NCBI GenBank assembly: GCA_965220125.1
Contig: CBDCPB010000004.1
Coordinates: 1,478,227-1,542,226 of the forward strand
Length of the DNA stretch: 64,000 nucleotides
Reading direction: 5' to 3'
Source of the DNA: Dehalococcoidia bacterium
GTDB lineage: Bacteria > Chloroflexota > Dehalococcoidia > UBA2979
Positions 9,074 through 17,575 of this stretch are shown here, piece after piece; position 1 is the stretch's first letter, and each line of letters opens with the position of its first letter. The notes below the pieces were generated by a model that saw only the letters and a list, made by a program, of their open reading frames with translations, was not told the DNA's origin and searched no databases. The position numbers and the translations under genes were made by a program.

Positions 9074-9652
9074 ATGGTTGATTCGATAGACGTGGCCGTT
9101 CACCTGAGCACCGAGCGCCTGGAAGCGGGCCTCGACCACATCCGCCTGTCCCCTGCGGACAGCGGCCTGCTGCTGATGATCGTGCGGCGGCCCGGTGTCG
9201 ACCGGCGCGAGGTCGTGGAGGAAGGCAGCCTCGACGTGGCGGTCGGCCTCGTTGGCGACAGCTGGCAGGAACGCGCAAGCTCGAGCAGCGCCGACGGCGG
9301 ACCGCATCCCGAGGCGCAGGTCACGATCGTCAACTCCCGCACGATCGACCTCATCGCGCAGTCGCGGGACCGCTGGCCGCTCGCGGGCGATCAGCTGGTG
9401 ATCGACATCGATATGAGCGCCGAGAACCTGCCGCCCGGCACCCGCCTGTCGATCGGCTCCGCGGTGATCGAGGTCACCGCGAAGCCGCACACCGGCTGCC
9501 TGAAGTTCGCCGGCCGCTTCGGCAACGACGCGCTGCGCTTCGTGAGCACCCCGCTCGCCATGGAGCTGCGCCTCCGGGGCGTCAACACCCGCGTCGTGCA
9601 GTCGGGCACGATCCGCGCCGGAGATGCGGTCGCGAAGATCGCGGCGCCATGA
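9074..9652 (+). CDS. MOSC domain-containing protein
   Basis: MVDSIDVAVHLSTERLEAGLDHIRLSPADSGLLLMIVRRPGVDRREV...GSAVIEVTAKPHTGCLKFAGRFG fits a MOSC beta-barrel with the conserved Cys region. Internal ATG chosen. Confidence 0.6.
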   Translation: MVDSIDVAVHLSTERLEAGLDHIRLSPADSGLLLMIVRRPGVDRREVVEEGSLDVAVGLVGDSWQERASSSSADGGPHPEAQVTIVNSRTIDLIAQSRDRWPLAGDQLVIDIDMSAENLPPGTRLSIGSAVIEVTAKPHTGCLKFAGRFGNDALRFVSTPLAMELRLRGVNTRVVQSGTIRAGDAVAKIAAP

Positions 9653-10104
9653 CCGACGAACGCACCGACAGCGGCCCCGGGAGCGGCGCGGACAGCGGGC
9701 AGGACGCGGTCCTCGAGGCCAACGCGGCGTTCTACCGCGCCTTCGCCGAGCGCGACCTGGAGGCGATGGACCGGCTCTGGGCGCGCGAGGCGCCGGTCGC
9801 CTGCACGCACCCCGCCTGGACCGTGCTGACCGGGCGCGACGACGTGCTGAAGAGCTGGGAGGGCATCCTCACCAACCCGGACGCGCCCACCATCGAGGTG
9901 CGGGACGCCGTCGCGCACCGGCTCGGCGACACGGCGATCGTGCTCTGCCGTGAGCTCGTCCAGGGCGCGCCGGCCGAGGCGACCAACGTCTTCGTGCTCG
10001 AGGGCGGCGAGTGGCGCATCGCGCACCACCACGCCAGCGCGATCGCGCGCTTCCTCGTCTCCCGCTCCGTGGAGACGGACCCCTTCCGCGACCGCCGCAA
10101 CTAG
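9649..10104 (+). CDS. SnoaL-like / NTF2-fold (DUF4440-like) protein
   Basis: LEANAAFYRAFAERDLEAMDRLWAREAPVACTHPAWTVLTGRDDV...GEWRIAHHHAS is the NTF2-like pattern. The start overlaps the MOSC stop by 4 nt (ATGA), suggesting an operon. Confidence 0.65.
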   Translation: MTDERTDSGPGSGADSGQDAVLEANAAFYRAFAERDLEAMDRLWAREAPVACTHPAWTVLTGRDDVLKSWEGILTNPDAPTIEVRDAVAHRLGDTAIVLCRELVQGAPAEATNVFVLEGGEWRIAHHHASAIARFLVSRSVETDPFRDRRN

Positions 10105-10165
10105 CTGCGTATCGGGACACGCTACCTGGTAGACATATTGATGCAGCTCTGTGATGCTTTGATGC
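10105..10165 (+). promoter_or_regulatory. AT-richer promoter/operator region upstream of vapBC with three TGATGC direct repeats
   Basis: ttgatgcagctctgtgatgctttgatgcatg, locally low GC. Sits directly upstream of the antitoxin gene, consistent with an autoregulated type II TA operator. Confidence 0.4.
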
Positions 10166-10405
10166 ATGAGGACGACGGTACGGCTCGACGACGGCCTGCT
10201 GCGAGAGGCGAAGGAGCACGCTGCCCGCAGCGGGCGCACGCTCACCGCGCTCATTGAGGACGCGCTGCGCCGCGCGCTCGCCGAGGCGAAGCGCCGCCCC
10301 GAACGCCCGCCCCCGAAGCTCCCCACTTTCCGCGGCGATGGCCTCCAGCCGGGCGTCGATCTCGACGACTCCGCCGCCCTGCTCGACCTGCTGGAGGGCC
10401 GGTGA
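10166..10405 (+). CDS. vapB: Type II antitoxin, VapB-like (ribbon-helix-helix)
   Basis: 79 aa, MRTTVRLDDGLLREAKEHAARSGRTLTALIEDALRRAL. Lies immediately upstream of a PIN-domain gene and overlaps it by 4 nt. Confidence 0.8.
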   Translation: MRTTVRLDDGLLREAKEHAARSGRTLTALIEDALRRALAEAKRRPERPPPKLPTFRGDGLQPGVDLDDSAALLDLLEGR

Positions 10406-10833
10406 TTCTCGTCGACGTCAACGTCCTCATCTACGCGCACCGCGAGGAGGTCGACCGGCACGACGAATACGGGCGCTGGCTCGAGGAACAGGGGAACGCC
10501 GAAACAGCCTTCGGGATCAGCGATCTGGTCCTGAGTGGCTTCATCCGAATCGTGACGCATCCGCGGATATTCAAGACCCCCAGCCCGCTCCCCGACGCGC
10601 TCGCCTTCGCGAACGCGCTCCGCGCGCTTCCGAACGCCGTGCCGGTCTCGCCGGGTGAGCGCCACTGGGGGATCTTCGCGGGGCTCTGCGAGGCGACCGG
10701 CGCTCGCGGGAACCTGATTCCCGATGCGTATCTGGCGGCCCTCGCGATCGAGTCCGGCGCCGAGTGGATTACCAGGGACCGCGACTACAGCCGCTTCCCC
10801 GGTCTGCGCTGGCGTAGTCCCCTCGCTGGCTGA
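10402..10833 (+). CDS. vapC: Type II toxin VapC (PIN-domain ribonuclease)
   Basis: MILVDVNVLIYAHREE...ISDLVLSGFIRIVTHP...NLIPDAYLAALAIESGAEWITRDRDYSRF carries the conserved PIN acidic residues (D5, E, D, D). Confidence 0.8.
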   Translation: MILVDVNVLIYAHREEVDRHDEYGRWLEEQGNAETAFGISDLVLSGFIRIVTHPRIFKTPSPLPDALAFANALRALPNAVPVSPGERHWGIFAGLCEATGARGNLIPDAYLAALAIESGAEWITRDRDYSRFPGLRWRSPLAG

Positions 10834-10880
10834 ACCGGGGCAGCTGTCCGCCCCTCTGACCGTTCCCGCCGCCGCCCTCG

Positions 10881-11372
10881 CTACACCGCGAGGCCCGACA
10901 CGACCTCCGCGTTCGGGAGGCGCAGCAGCGCCGAGGGCGCGACGGCGAGCTTCGTCGAGCGGCCGCCCCCGCCCACGATCACCTCGTCGAGGTCCATGAC
11001 GCGCTCGTCGATGTAGAGCGGCAGGCCGTCGGGCAGGCCGAACGGGGTGACGCCGCCGATCAGCATCCCGGTCAGCTCGCGTGTCTGCTCGGGCGAGGCG
11101 AACGAGGCCTTGCGCACGCCCAGCAGCGGGCGCACCGCGTGGTTGACGTCGAGCCGCGTGGTCGCCAGTACGAGGCAGGCGCAGTAGCGCAGCTCGCCGC
11201 GCCTGGAGACGACGATGATGGTGTTGCCGGAGGTCTCCAGCGGGTAGCCGTAGTGCTCGCAGAATGCCGCCGTGTCCGCCAGCTCCGGATCGACCTCGAT
11301 CAGCTCGTAGCGCTCGCCGAGGGCGTCCAGCGTCGCGAGGGCGCGCGCCGCCGGGTCGTCGTTCGATGTCAT
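10881..11372 (-). CDS. YbaK/ProX-family aminoacyl-tRNA deacylase domain protein
   Basis: ...TGMLIGGVTPFGLPDGLPLYID... is the characteristic G-x-x-x-GGV-x-PFG motif. Internal ATG (MTSNDDP) chosen. Confidence 0.65.
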   Translation of the reverse strand: MTSNDDPAARALATLDALGERYELIEVDPELADTAAFCEHYGYPLETSGNTIIVVSRRGELRYCACLVLATTRLDVNHAVRPLLGVRKASFASPEQTRELTGMLIGGVTPFGLPDGLPLYIDERVMDLDEVIVGGGGRSTKLAVAPSALLRLPNAEVVSGLAV

Positions 11373-11461
11373 CGCTCGCTCCCCTCGCTCAGTCGGACCT
11401 CGGCGCTTGCCTCTTAGCTCGCATGTGCTATTCTCCGGGCCCGATCGCACCAGGAGGAATC

Positions 11462-11905
11462 ATGCCAGACGTCCAGCCCATCCCCGACGGCTACACCGCC
11501 ATCACGCCCTATCTCGTTGCCGAGGACGCATCGGGCCTGATCGAGTTCCTGACGAACGCCTTCGGCGCCGTCGAGCGGATGCGCATGCCCATGCCGGACG
11601 GCTCCGTCGCCCACGCGGAGGTCGAGATTGGCGGCGCCGCGGTCATGCTCGGCTCCGCCATGCCCCCCGAGTTCCCGCCCACCGCGGCGCAGATCCACCT
11701 GTACGTCGAGGATGTCGACGGCGCCTACGCCCAGGCCGTGGCCGCCGGAGCCGCCGGCCTGGCCGAGCCCGCCGACCAGTTCTACGGCGAACGCATCGGC
11801 CGCGTCGTCGACCCCGCCGGCAACACCTGGTCGATCGCCTCGCACGTCGAGGACGTGACCCCAGAGCAGATGATGGAGCGCATGGCCGCGATGGGCGAAG
11901 GCTAG
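11462..11905 (+). CDS. VOC-family (glyoxalase/bleomycin resistance/PhnB-like) protein
   Basis: MPDVQPIPDGYTAITPYLVAEDASGLIEFLTNAFGAVERMRMPMPDGSVAHAEVEIGGAAVMLGSA. AGGAGG Shine-Dalgarno before the ATG. Confidence 0.75.
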   Translation: MPDVQPIPDGYTAITPYLVAEDASGLIEFLTNAFGAVERMRMPMPDGSVAHAEVEIGGAAVMLGSAMPPEFPPTAAQIHLYVEDVDGAYAQAVAAGAAGLAEPADQFYGERIGRVVDPAGNTWSIASHVEDVTPEQMMERMAAMGEG

Positions 11906-12792
11906 CCCCCGCCCTGCCGGGCGGCCTCCATGAAGACGCGCAGCGCATCGATGTGATCGCCGGGCGTGACCAGCCCGGCGTCCATCGTGAGCACGTGGAT
12001 CCGGTCCGCGCCCGCCTCCCGCAGCCGGCCGGCGAAGGCAATCTGCTCGTCGGGCGCGCCGTGGACCGCGACGGAGGCGCCGATCCCGATCTCCGAGGGG
12101 TCCCGGCCGGCGCGCTGCGCGGCCTCGTGGATCGCCTCGACGCTGCGCGCGAAGTACTCCAGGCCACCCCGGCCCACGAGCCAGCCGTCGCCGATGCGCC
12201 CGATGCGATCGAGCACGACCGGCGCGGTGCCGCCCATCCAGATCGGGATCTGGCGGGCGGGACGCGGGTTGATGCCCACGGTCGGGATCCGGTCGAAGTC
12301 TCCCTCGAACTCCACGATCGGCTCGGACCAGAGCCGTCGCAGCAGGCCCACCTGCTCCTCGAGGCGCCGCCCGCGCGTGTGGAAGTCCTCGCCCAGCGAC
12401 TCGTACTCGAGGTAGTTCCAGCCGCTGCCGACGCCGAGGATCACCCGCCCGCCGCTCAGGATGTCCGCCTCCGCCGCCTGCTTCGCGACGAGCGCCGTCT
12501 GGCGCTGCGGGAGGATCACGACGCCGCTGACCAGCTCGATGCGCTCGGTCAGGCCGGCGAGGTAGCAGAAGAGCGCGAGCGGCTCGTGGAAGGTGCTCAT
12601 GTAGGTGTAGGGCCACGTCCCGCCGCGTCCTTCGGGATCGGCGCCGAGCACGTGGTCGTAGGCGAGCAGGTAGTCGTAGCCGAGGCCCTCGACCGCCTGC
12701 GCGTAGTCGCGGATCGCGACCGGGTCGATGCCGATCTCGGTCTGGGGAAAGACTGCTCCGTAGCGCATCGGCTGCTCCACTCCCTGTGTCAT
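11902..12792 (-). CDS. Luciferase-like monooxygenase (LLM) class oxidoreductase, probably F420-dependent
   Basis: ...GLGYDYLLAYDHVLGADPEG...ILGVGSGWNYLEYESLGEDFHTRGRRLEEQVGLLRRLW... is the TIM-barrel LLM signature. Start at internal ATG (MTQGVEQ). Confidence 0.75.
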   Translation of the reverse strand: MTQGVEQPMRYGAVFPQTEIGIDPVAIRDYAQAVEGLGYDYLLAYDHVLGADPEGRGGTWPYTYMSTFHEPLALFCYLAGLTERIELVSGVVILPQRQTALVAKQAAEADILSGGRVILGVGSGWNYLEYESLGEDFHTRGRRLEEQVGLLRRLWSEPIVEFEGDFDRIPTVGINPRPARQIPIWMGGTAPVVLDRIGRIGDGWLVGRGGLEYFARSVEAIHEAAQRAGRDPSEIGIGASVAVHGAPDEQIAFAGRLREAGADRIHVLTMDAGLVTPGDHIDALRVFMEAARQGGG

Positions 12793-12824
12793 GGTCTCGC
12801 TGTCCTCGCCGTGTTCGCTGTCGT

Positions 12825-12971
12825 TTAGCCGCTGTAGTCCTTGTGCGGGAAGGTCGCGTCGTGCGTCTCCTCGCAGGCCTCGCAGACAGCGTGCGCGCAG
12901 CGCATGCAGGCGCGCGCGGTGGTCGCCCCGCAGTGGCGGCAACTCGCGCTGATCGGCCCGCTGCGGTACGG
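12825..12971 (-). CDS. Small Cys-rich (3x CxxC) putative zinc-ribbon protein, hypothetical
   Basis: MPYRSGPISASCRHCGATTARACMRCAHAVCEACEETHDATFPHKDYSG, 48 aa with three CxxC pairs. No clear Shine-Dalgarno, so it may be spurious. Confidence 0.3.
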   Translation of the reverse strand, partial: PYRSGPISASCRHCGATTARACMRCAHAVCEACEETHDATFPHKDYSG

Positions 12972-13058
12972 CATGGGCGCACGATAGCAGCCAAGCCGAT
13001 CGGGGGCGGGGTTGCCCAAGACGCCGCGAGCGGCAAAGATTCCGGCAGGAGGTCGCCG

Positions 13059-13295
13059 ATGGTCATCCACGCCACCAGGGTCGACTACCGCAACGCGTTC
13101 GCCGGGCTCGTCTTCCCCGCCTCGAAGGACGAGATCGTGCGTCGCTCGCGCATGATCGGCGGCATCGACCGCGAGGTCTTCGCGATCCTCGATGCGATCG
13201 CGCCACGCCGCTACGCCAGCAAGGACGACCTCGACACCGCAATCCGCGAGGTCTACATGGCCCGCGGCGAGGACACCGAGGCGCTCCCCGTCTAG
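13059..13295 (+). CDS. DUF2795-family small protein
   Basis: MVIHATRVDYRNAFAGLVFPASKDEIVRRSRMIGGIDREVFAILDAIAPRRYASKDDLDTAIREVY, 78 aa. GGCAGGAGG Shine-Dalgarno. Confidence 0.6.
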   Translation: MVIHATRVDYRNAFAGLVFPASKDEIVRRSRMIGGIDREVFAILDAIAPRRYASKDDLDTAIREVYMARGEDTEALPV

Positions 13296-13314
13296 CCGCC
13301 CGGGCGCCGCCGCC

Positions 13315-14157
13315 CTACTGCTGCGAGTAGCCCGACCCCGTCGAGTCGATGCCCGTGCCGCGGCCTTCCTCGATCCAGCCGAACTCCTGCAGGATCTGCT
13401 GGCTGTAGCAGACGCGGCCCGTGACGCGCTCCGGCGGCTCCGTCGCCAGCAGCAGCGTCGCCTCCGCCATCGTCGAGGCGGGCTCGCTCGGCAGGTCCGG
13501 CGGGGGCTTGTTGAAGAGCAGCGCGCCCTCCGTGAACACCGCCTGCGAAGGCGAGAGCGCGCTGACCGCGATCTTGTCGCCCCACAACTCCGCCGCGAGG
13601 CCCTGCGTGAAGCGCTCCAGCGCCGCCTTCGTCGAGCCGTAGAGGACGCCCATGCCGTCCCAGCCGGTCGCCTCGTAGGGGCCTCGGCCGGGCCCGATCG
13701 CGACGCCCGAGGAGATGTTGACGATCGCGCCGCCGCCCCGCGCCTGCATGTCCGGGATCGTTTCCCGCGCGAGGATGAAGGGCGCGTGGATGTTGACCGA
13801 GAAGCCGATCATCCAGCGCTTGGTCGAAAACTCCGAGACCGGGTGCGCGAAGTTCGTGACGGCGTTGTTGACGAGGATGTCGATCGGCCCGTAGGCCGCC
13901 CGCGTCTCCTCGACGAGGCGCAGGCACTCCTCCTCCTCGCCGATGTTGGCGACCACCATCCTCGCCTCGCCGCCGGCGGCGCGGATGCCCTCGAGGGTCG
14001 TCGTCAGCGCGCCGGGTGCGCGGCTGTCGCCCTCGTTGACGGTGCGCGCGACGCAGGCGACGCTCGCGCCCTCGGCGGCGAACAGCTCGGCGATCGCCTT
14101 GCCGATGCCGCGGCTCGCTCCGGTCACGATCACGGTCTTGCCCTCGGCTCTGCCCAT
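13315..14157 (-). CDS. SDR-family oxidoreductase
   Basis: MGRAEGKTVIVTGASRGIGKAIA (TGxxxGIG) ... NNAV ... YGSTKAA (YxxxK catalytic motif). Confidence 0.85.
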   Translation of the reverse strand: MGRAEGKTVIVTGASRGIGKAIAELFAAEGASVACVARTVNEGDSRAPGALTTTLEGIRAAGGEARMVVANIGEEEECLRLVEETRAAYGPIDILVNNAVTNFAHPVSEFSTKRWMIGFSVNIHAPFILARETIPDMQARGGGAIVNISSGVAIGPGRGPYEATGWDGMGVLYGSTKAALERFTQGLAAELWGDKIAVSALSPSQAVFTEGALLFNKPPPDLPSEPASTMAEATLLLATEPPERVTGRVCYSQQILQEFGWIEEGRGTGIDSTGSGYSQQ

Positions 14158-14249
14158 CGCTGTCCTCCTCCGCCTCGCGCGCCACGCGCCTCACGATGCC
14201 CCACCGGAGCGCCGTCGGCAACGCAGCGCCGGACGGAGCCGACGGTCCG

Positions 14250-14530
14250 GCTGCCCCCTCTCCCCGAGAGAGGGCGGGGTGAGGGCCACACCCCTTTGTG
14301 GGGGGCGCAGCCCCCCACGCCCCCATCCCGGACGAGCACGCGCAGGCTGCTTCTGTTGACGCGGGGATACCCCGCAGGGCGGCTCTGGCCAACCCACCCA
14401 CCCTCGCATTCTTCTTCTGTGGGGGGCTTTGCCCCCCACGCCCCCCTCGGAACCCTCGAGGGCGCACCGAACCCCTGAGGGGGCACTTTCCGGCCCCCTC
14501 TTCCCGAGGGAGGGAGCGGAGGCGTGGGCG
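14250..14530. repeat. GC-rich palindromic intergenic repeat (locus C)
   Basis: CCCTCTCCCCGAGAGAGGGCGGGGTGAGGG; TGTGGGGGGCGCAGCCCCCCACGCCCCC; CCAACCCACCCACCCTCGCATTCTTCTTCTGTGGGGGG; GGGGATACCCCGCAGGG. Same module set as the other loci. Confidence 0.8.
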
Positions 14531-14584
14531 GCCCTTGCGTCCGCACGTCCGCACCGGGACGATCGCGGGCGAAGGAGCACGCAG

Positions 14585-14947
14585 ATGGCCACCGGCATCG
14601 GCCCCGTCAACGGCGTCATCGTCTGGACCGAGGCCGCGCGCTTCCAGGCGCTGCGCGACTTCTACGTGGACACGCTCGGCCTCGTGCCGCGCGCCGACTT
14701 CGAGTGGGGCGGCCTGCGTCTCACGATCGCCGTCCACGACACGGTCGGCGGACCGGCCCGCGACCCGCTGCGCCTGATGATCAACTTCGCCGTCGAGGAC
14801 ATCGAGGCCGAGCACGCGCGCCTGCGCGAGGCAGGCGTCGCCTTCAGCCGCCCGCCCGGGCGCGAGCCGTGGGGCGGCCTCGTCGCCACCTTCGCCGACC
14901 CGGACGGCAACACGCTGCAGTTGCTGCAACTGCCGGAGGGGCGCTAG
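14585..14947 (+). CDS. VOC-family (glyoxalase-like) protein
   Basis: MATGIGPVNGVIVWTEAARFQALRDFYVDTLGLVPRADFEWGGLRLTIAVHD...FADPDGNTLQLLQ. GAAGGAG Shine-Dalgarno. Confidence 0.75.
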   Translation: MATGIGPVNGVIVWTEAARFQALRDFYVDTLGLVPRADFEWGGLRLTIAVHDTVGGPARDPLRLMINFAVEDIEAEHARLREAGVAFSRPPGREPWGGLVATFADPDGNTLQLLQLPEGR

Positions 14948-14950
14948 CCG

Positions 14951-15688
14951 TCAGGCCGTCATGCCGCCGTCGATGACGAACTCGGAGCCCGTGCTGTAGG
15001 CGCTGTCGTCGGAGGCGAGGAAGAGCGCGAGCTTCGCGACCTCCACGGCCTCCGCGATGCGGCCCAGCGGGATGCGCCGCACCATCCGGTCGAGGTTGCC
15101 CGCCTCGATTTCCGGGATCTGGTCCAGCATCGCCGTATCGATCGGACCCGGATGGATCGAGTTGACGCGGATGCCGTGGCGGCCGAGCGCGACCGCCGCC
15201 GACTTCGTCATGCCGCGCACCGCCCACTTGCTCGCCGTGTAGCCGAACGCTCCGCCACCACCGCGCAGGCCAGCGACCGAGGAGATGTTGACGATCGAGC
15301 CGCCCCCGCGCTCGACCATCGCCGGCGCGACCTCGCGCATCCCGAGGAAGACGCCCACCTGGTTGACCTCGACCACGCGCCGGTAGTCGCCGAGGTCGCC
15401 ACCGATCAGCGGCGTCGGGATGTAGATGCCAGCGTTGTTGATCAGCACGTCGATGCCGCCGTGCAGTTCGACGGCATGCGCGACGGCGGCGGCCCACTCC
15501 GCCTCGCTGGTGACGTCGTGGTGGAGGTAGTCGCCGCCGACCTCGGCCGCCGTCCGCTCGCCCTCGTCGTCGAGCACGTCGGTGAGGACGACGTTGGCGC
15601 CCTCCGCTGCGAACAGCGTCGCCTCGGCGGCGCCCTGCCCGCGCGCGCCGCCGGTGATCAGCGCCGTCTTGCCCTCGAGCCTGCCCAT
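14951..15688 (-). CDS. SDR-family oxidoreductase (3-oxoacyl-ACP reductase-like), tandem paralog 1
   Basis: MGRLEGKTALITGGARGQGAAEA...NNAGI...YTASKWAVRGMTKSAA...IRVNSIHPGPIDT. Confidence 0.85.
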   Translation of the reverse strand: MGRLEGKTALITGGARGQGAAEATLFAAEGANVVLTDVLDDEGERTAAEVGGDYLHHDVTSEAEWAAAVAHAVELHGGIDVLINNAGIYIPTPLIGGDLGDYRRVVEVNQVGVFLGMREVAPAMVERGGGSIVNISSVAGLRGGGGAFGYTASKWAVRGMTKSAAVALGRHGIRVNSIHPGPIDTAMLDQIPEIEAGNLDRMVRRIPLGRIAEAVEVAKLALFLASDDSAYSTGSEFVIDGGMTA

Positions 15689-15776
15689 GGCGGCCCCCCT
15701 CTCGCGCGGCGCCCCTGCGCGCCGAGGGCAGGCTACGCCACGCGTCCAGCGGCGGGCGCGAGCGGTCGCGGGCGCG

Positions 15777-16514
15777 TCAGGCCATCAGGCCACCATCGAC
15801 GAGGAACTCCGAGCCCGTGCTGTAGGCGCTGTCATCCGAGGCGAGGAAGAGCGCGAGCTTCGCGACCTCCCCGGGCTGCGCAATCCGGCCCAGCGGGATC
15901 TGCCCCAGCATCTGCTCGAGGGTGTCCGGGTTGGCCATCCGGGTGTCTCCGAGCATCGGCGTATCAATCAGCCCCGGGTGGATCGAGTTCACGCGGATGC
16001 CGTGAGGGCCAAGCCGGATCGCCGCCGACTTGGTCATGCCCCGCACCGCCCACTTGCTCGCGGTGTAGGCGAACGACCCGCCGCCGCCGCGCATGCCGCC
16101 GACCGACGAGATGTTGACGATCGAGCCGCCCCCGCGCTCGATCATCACCGGCGCGACCTCGCGCATTCCGAGGTAGACGCCGATCTGGTTGACCTCGATC
16201 ACGCGCCGGTACTCCGCGAGATCGCCCCCGATCAGCGACGTCTCGACGTAGATCCCGGCGTTGTTGACCAGCACGTCGATCCCGCCGTGCAGGTCCATGA
16301 CGTGCGCGACGGCCGCCGCCCACTCCGCCTCGCTGGTGACGTCGTGATGGAGGTAGTCGGCGCCGATCGCGTCGGCCGTCCGCTCGCCCTCGTCGTCGAG
16401 CACGTCGGTGAGGACGACGTTCGCGCCCTCCTCGGCGAACAGCGTGGCCTCGGCGGCGCCTTGCCCGCGCGCGCCGCCGGTGATCAGCGCCGTCTTGCCC
16501 TCGAGCCTGCCCAT
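15777..16514 (-). CDS. SDR-family oxidoreductase, tandem paralog 2
   Basis: Nearly identical to 14951-15688 at the protein level (roughly 85%), and the upstream intergenic DNA is also duplicated. Confidence 0.85.
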   Translation of the reverse strand: MGRLEGKTALITGGARGQGAAEATLFAEEGANVVLTDVLDDEGERTADAIGADYLHHDVTSEAEWAAAVAHVMDLHGGIDVLVNNAGIYVETSLIGGDLAEYRRVIEVNQIGVYLGMREVAPVMIERGGGSIVNISSVGGMRGGGGSFAYTASKWAVRGMTKSAAIRLGPHGIRVNSIHPGLIDTPMLGDTRMANPDTLEQMLGQIPLGRIAQPGEVAKLALFLASDDSAYSTGSEFLVDGGLMA

Positions 16515-16602
16515 GGCGGCCTCCCTCTCGCGCGGCGTCTTTGCGCCGAGGGCAGGCTACGCCACGCGCCGAATGGGCGGCGACGGGGTGTGTGGAGGCG
16601 GG

Positions 16603-16848
16603 CTACAACTCCTCGAGGATGCTCGCGCGGCGCTGCTCGTACTGCTCGGGGGTGATCAGGCCCTCGTCGCGGAGGCGCTGCAGCTCGCGGAGGCGTTCGG
16701 CGGTGCTCGGCTGCGGCATCGCGGGTGGCGACGGCGCTCGCCGCGAAGAGGCGCGAATGAGCGTCCACACCAGCACGAGCGGGACCACAAGGACCACCAG
16801 GATCACGACGACAATGAGGAGTTCCTGCCAGCCGAGCCCGCCAATCAT
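16603..16848 (-). CDS. Small membrane protein with a C-terminal SHOCT domain
   Basis: MIGGLGWQELLIVVVILVVLVVPLVLVWTLIRASS...ERLRELQRLRDEGLITPEQYEQRRASILEEL: one TM helix plus a SHOCT motif. Internal ATG chosen; the upstream ORF part overlaps SDR paralog 2 in another frame. Confidence 0.55.
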   Translation of the reverse strand: MIGGLGWQELLIVVVILVVLVVPLVLVWTLIRASSRRAPSPPAMPQPSTAERLRELQRLRDEGLITPEQYEQRRASILEEL

Positions 16849-16862
16849 CGGCCATGTCCCCC

Positions 16863-17558
16863 CTACAACTCCTCGAGGATGCTCGCGCGGCGCTCCTCGT
16901 ACTGCTCGGGAGTGATCAGTCCCTCGTCGCGGAGGCGCTGCAACTCGCGCAGGCGCGCGGCCACGCTGCCCTGCGGCTCCGAGGCAGGGGTGGGAGCGTC
17001 CTCGCTCCTGGAGCGTTCGCGCGGGTAGTCCATCCGGCCGGAGGGCGGGGCGGACGAGGCCGTGGTGCGTCCGGAGACCGCGGGCGGCTCCTCGCCACGC
17101 ATGCGAAGATCGACTGCGGTCGCGGGGCGGAAGCCGCCGGGCGAGTACGCGATGTAGGTGTTGGCGACCTTGTCCCAGAGACACTGGCGCTCGCGGTCCC
17201 ACGTGCACCACAGCGCCGCAGGCAGGAAGAGTAGTATGCCGGGACCTCCGGTCAGGACGAAGCTAACGATGATGACCAGAGCGAACAGCCCCTTCACAAC
17301 AATCTCGCGCAAGATGGTGTACCACCCGCTGGCGCGGCTACCGTCCTCGCGCATGATGTACATGCCGAGCATCTGCTTGCCTGGTGTCTGTCCCCGCTGA
17401 GCCACGACCAGGAACCAGACCAGCCAACCGATGGCGAACGTCGCGAGGAAGACAACCCCGTCCAGCACCCAACCGCCGAGGCGCCGCCCCTGCGAGGCCG
17501 TCTGCAACTGCTCCGGCGGGTAGAACGCCTCGATGCGGCGCAGCGGCTGCATGACCAT
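16863..17558 (-). CDS. RDD-family membrane protein with C-terminal SHOCT domain, paralog 1
   Basis: N-terminal RDD-like membrane region (GRRLGGWVLDGVVFLATFAIGWLVWFLVVAQRGQTPGKQMLGMYIMRED), a low-complexity linker, then C-terminal LRELQRLRDEGLITPEQYEERRASILEEL. Confidence 0.65.
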   Translation of the reverse strand: MVMQPLRRIEAFYPPEQLQTASQGRRLGGWVLDGVVFLATFAIGWLVWFLVVAQRGQTPGKQMLGMYIMREDGSRASGWYTILREIVVKGLFALVIIVSFVLTGGPGILLFLPAALWCTWDRERQCLWDKVANTYIAYSPGGFRPATAVDLRMRGEEPPAVSGRTTASSAPPSGRMDYPRERSRSEDAPTPASEPQGSVAARLRELQRLRDEGLITPEQYEERRASILEEL

Positions 17559-17575
17559 CGGGGGCCCCTCCTTAC

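Noticed and set aside
9391-10665. 424-aa minus-strand ORF covering the MOSC, SnoaL and vapBC genes
   Set aside because: Antisense open frame. The plus-strand genes have Shine-Dalgarno sequences, ATGA overlaps and recognisable domains, while this ORF has none.
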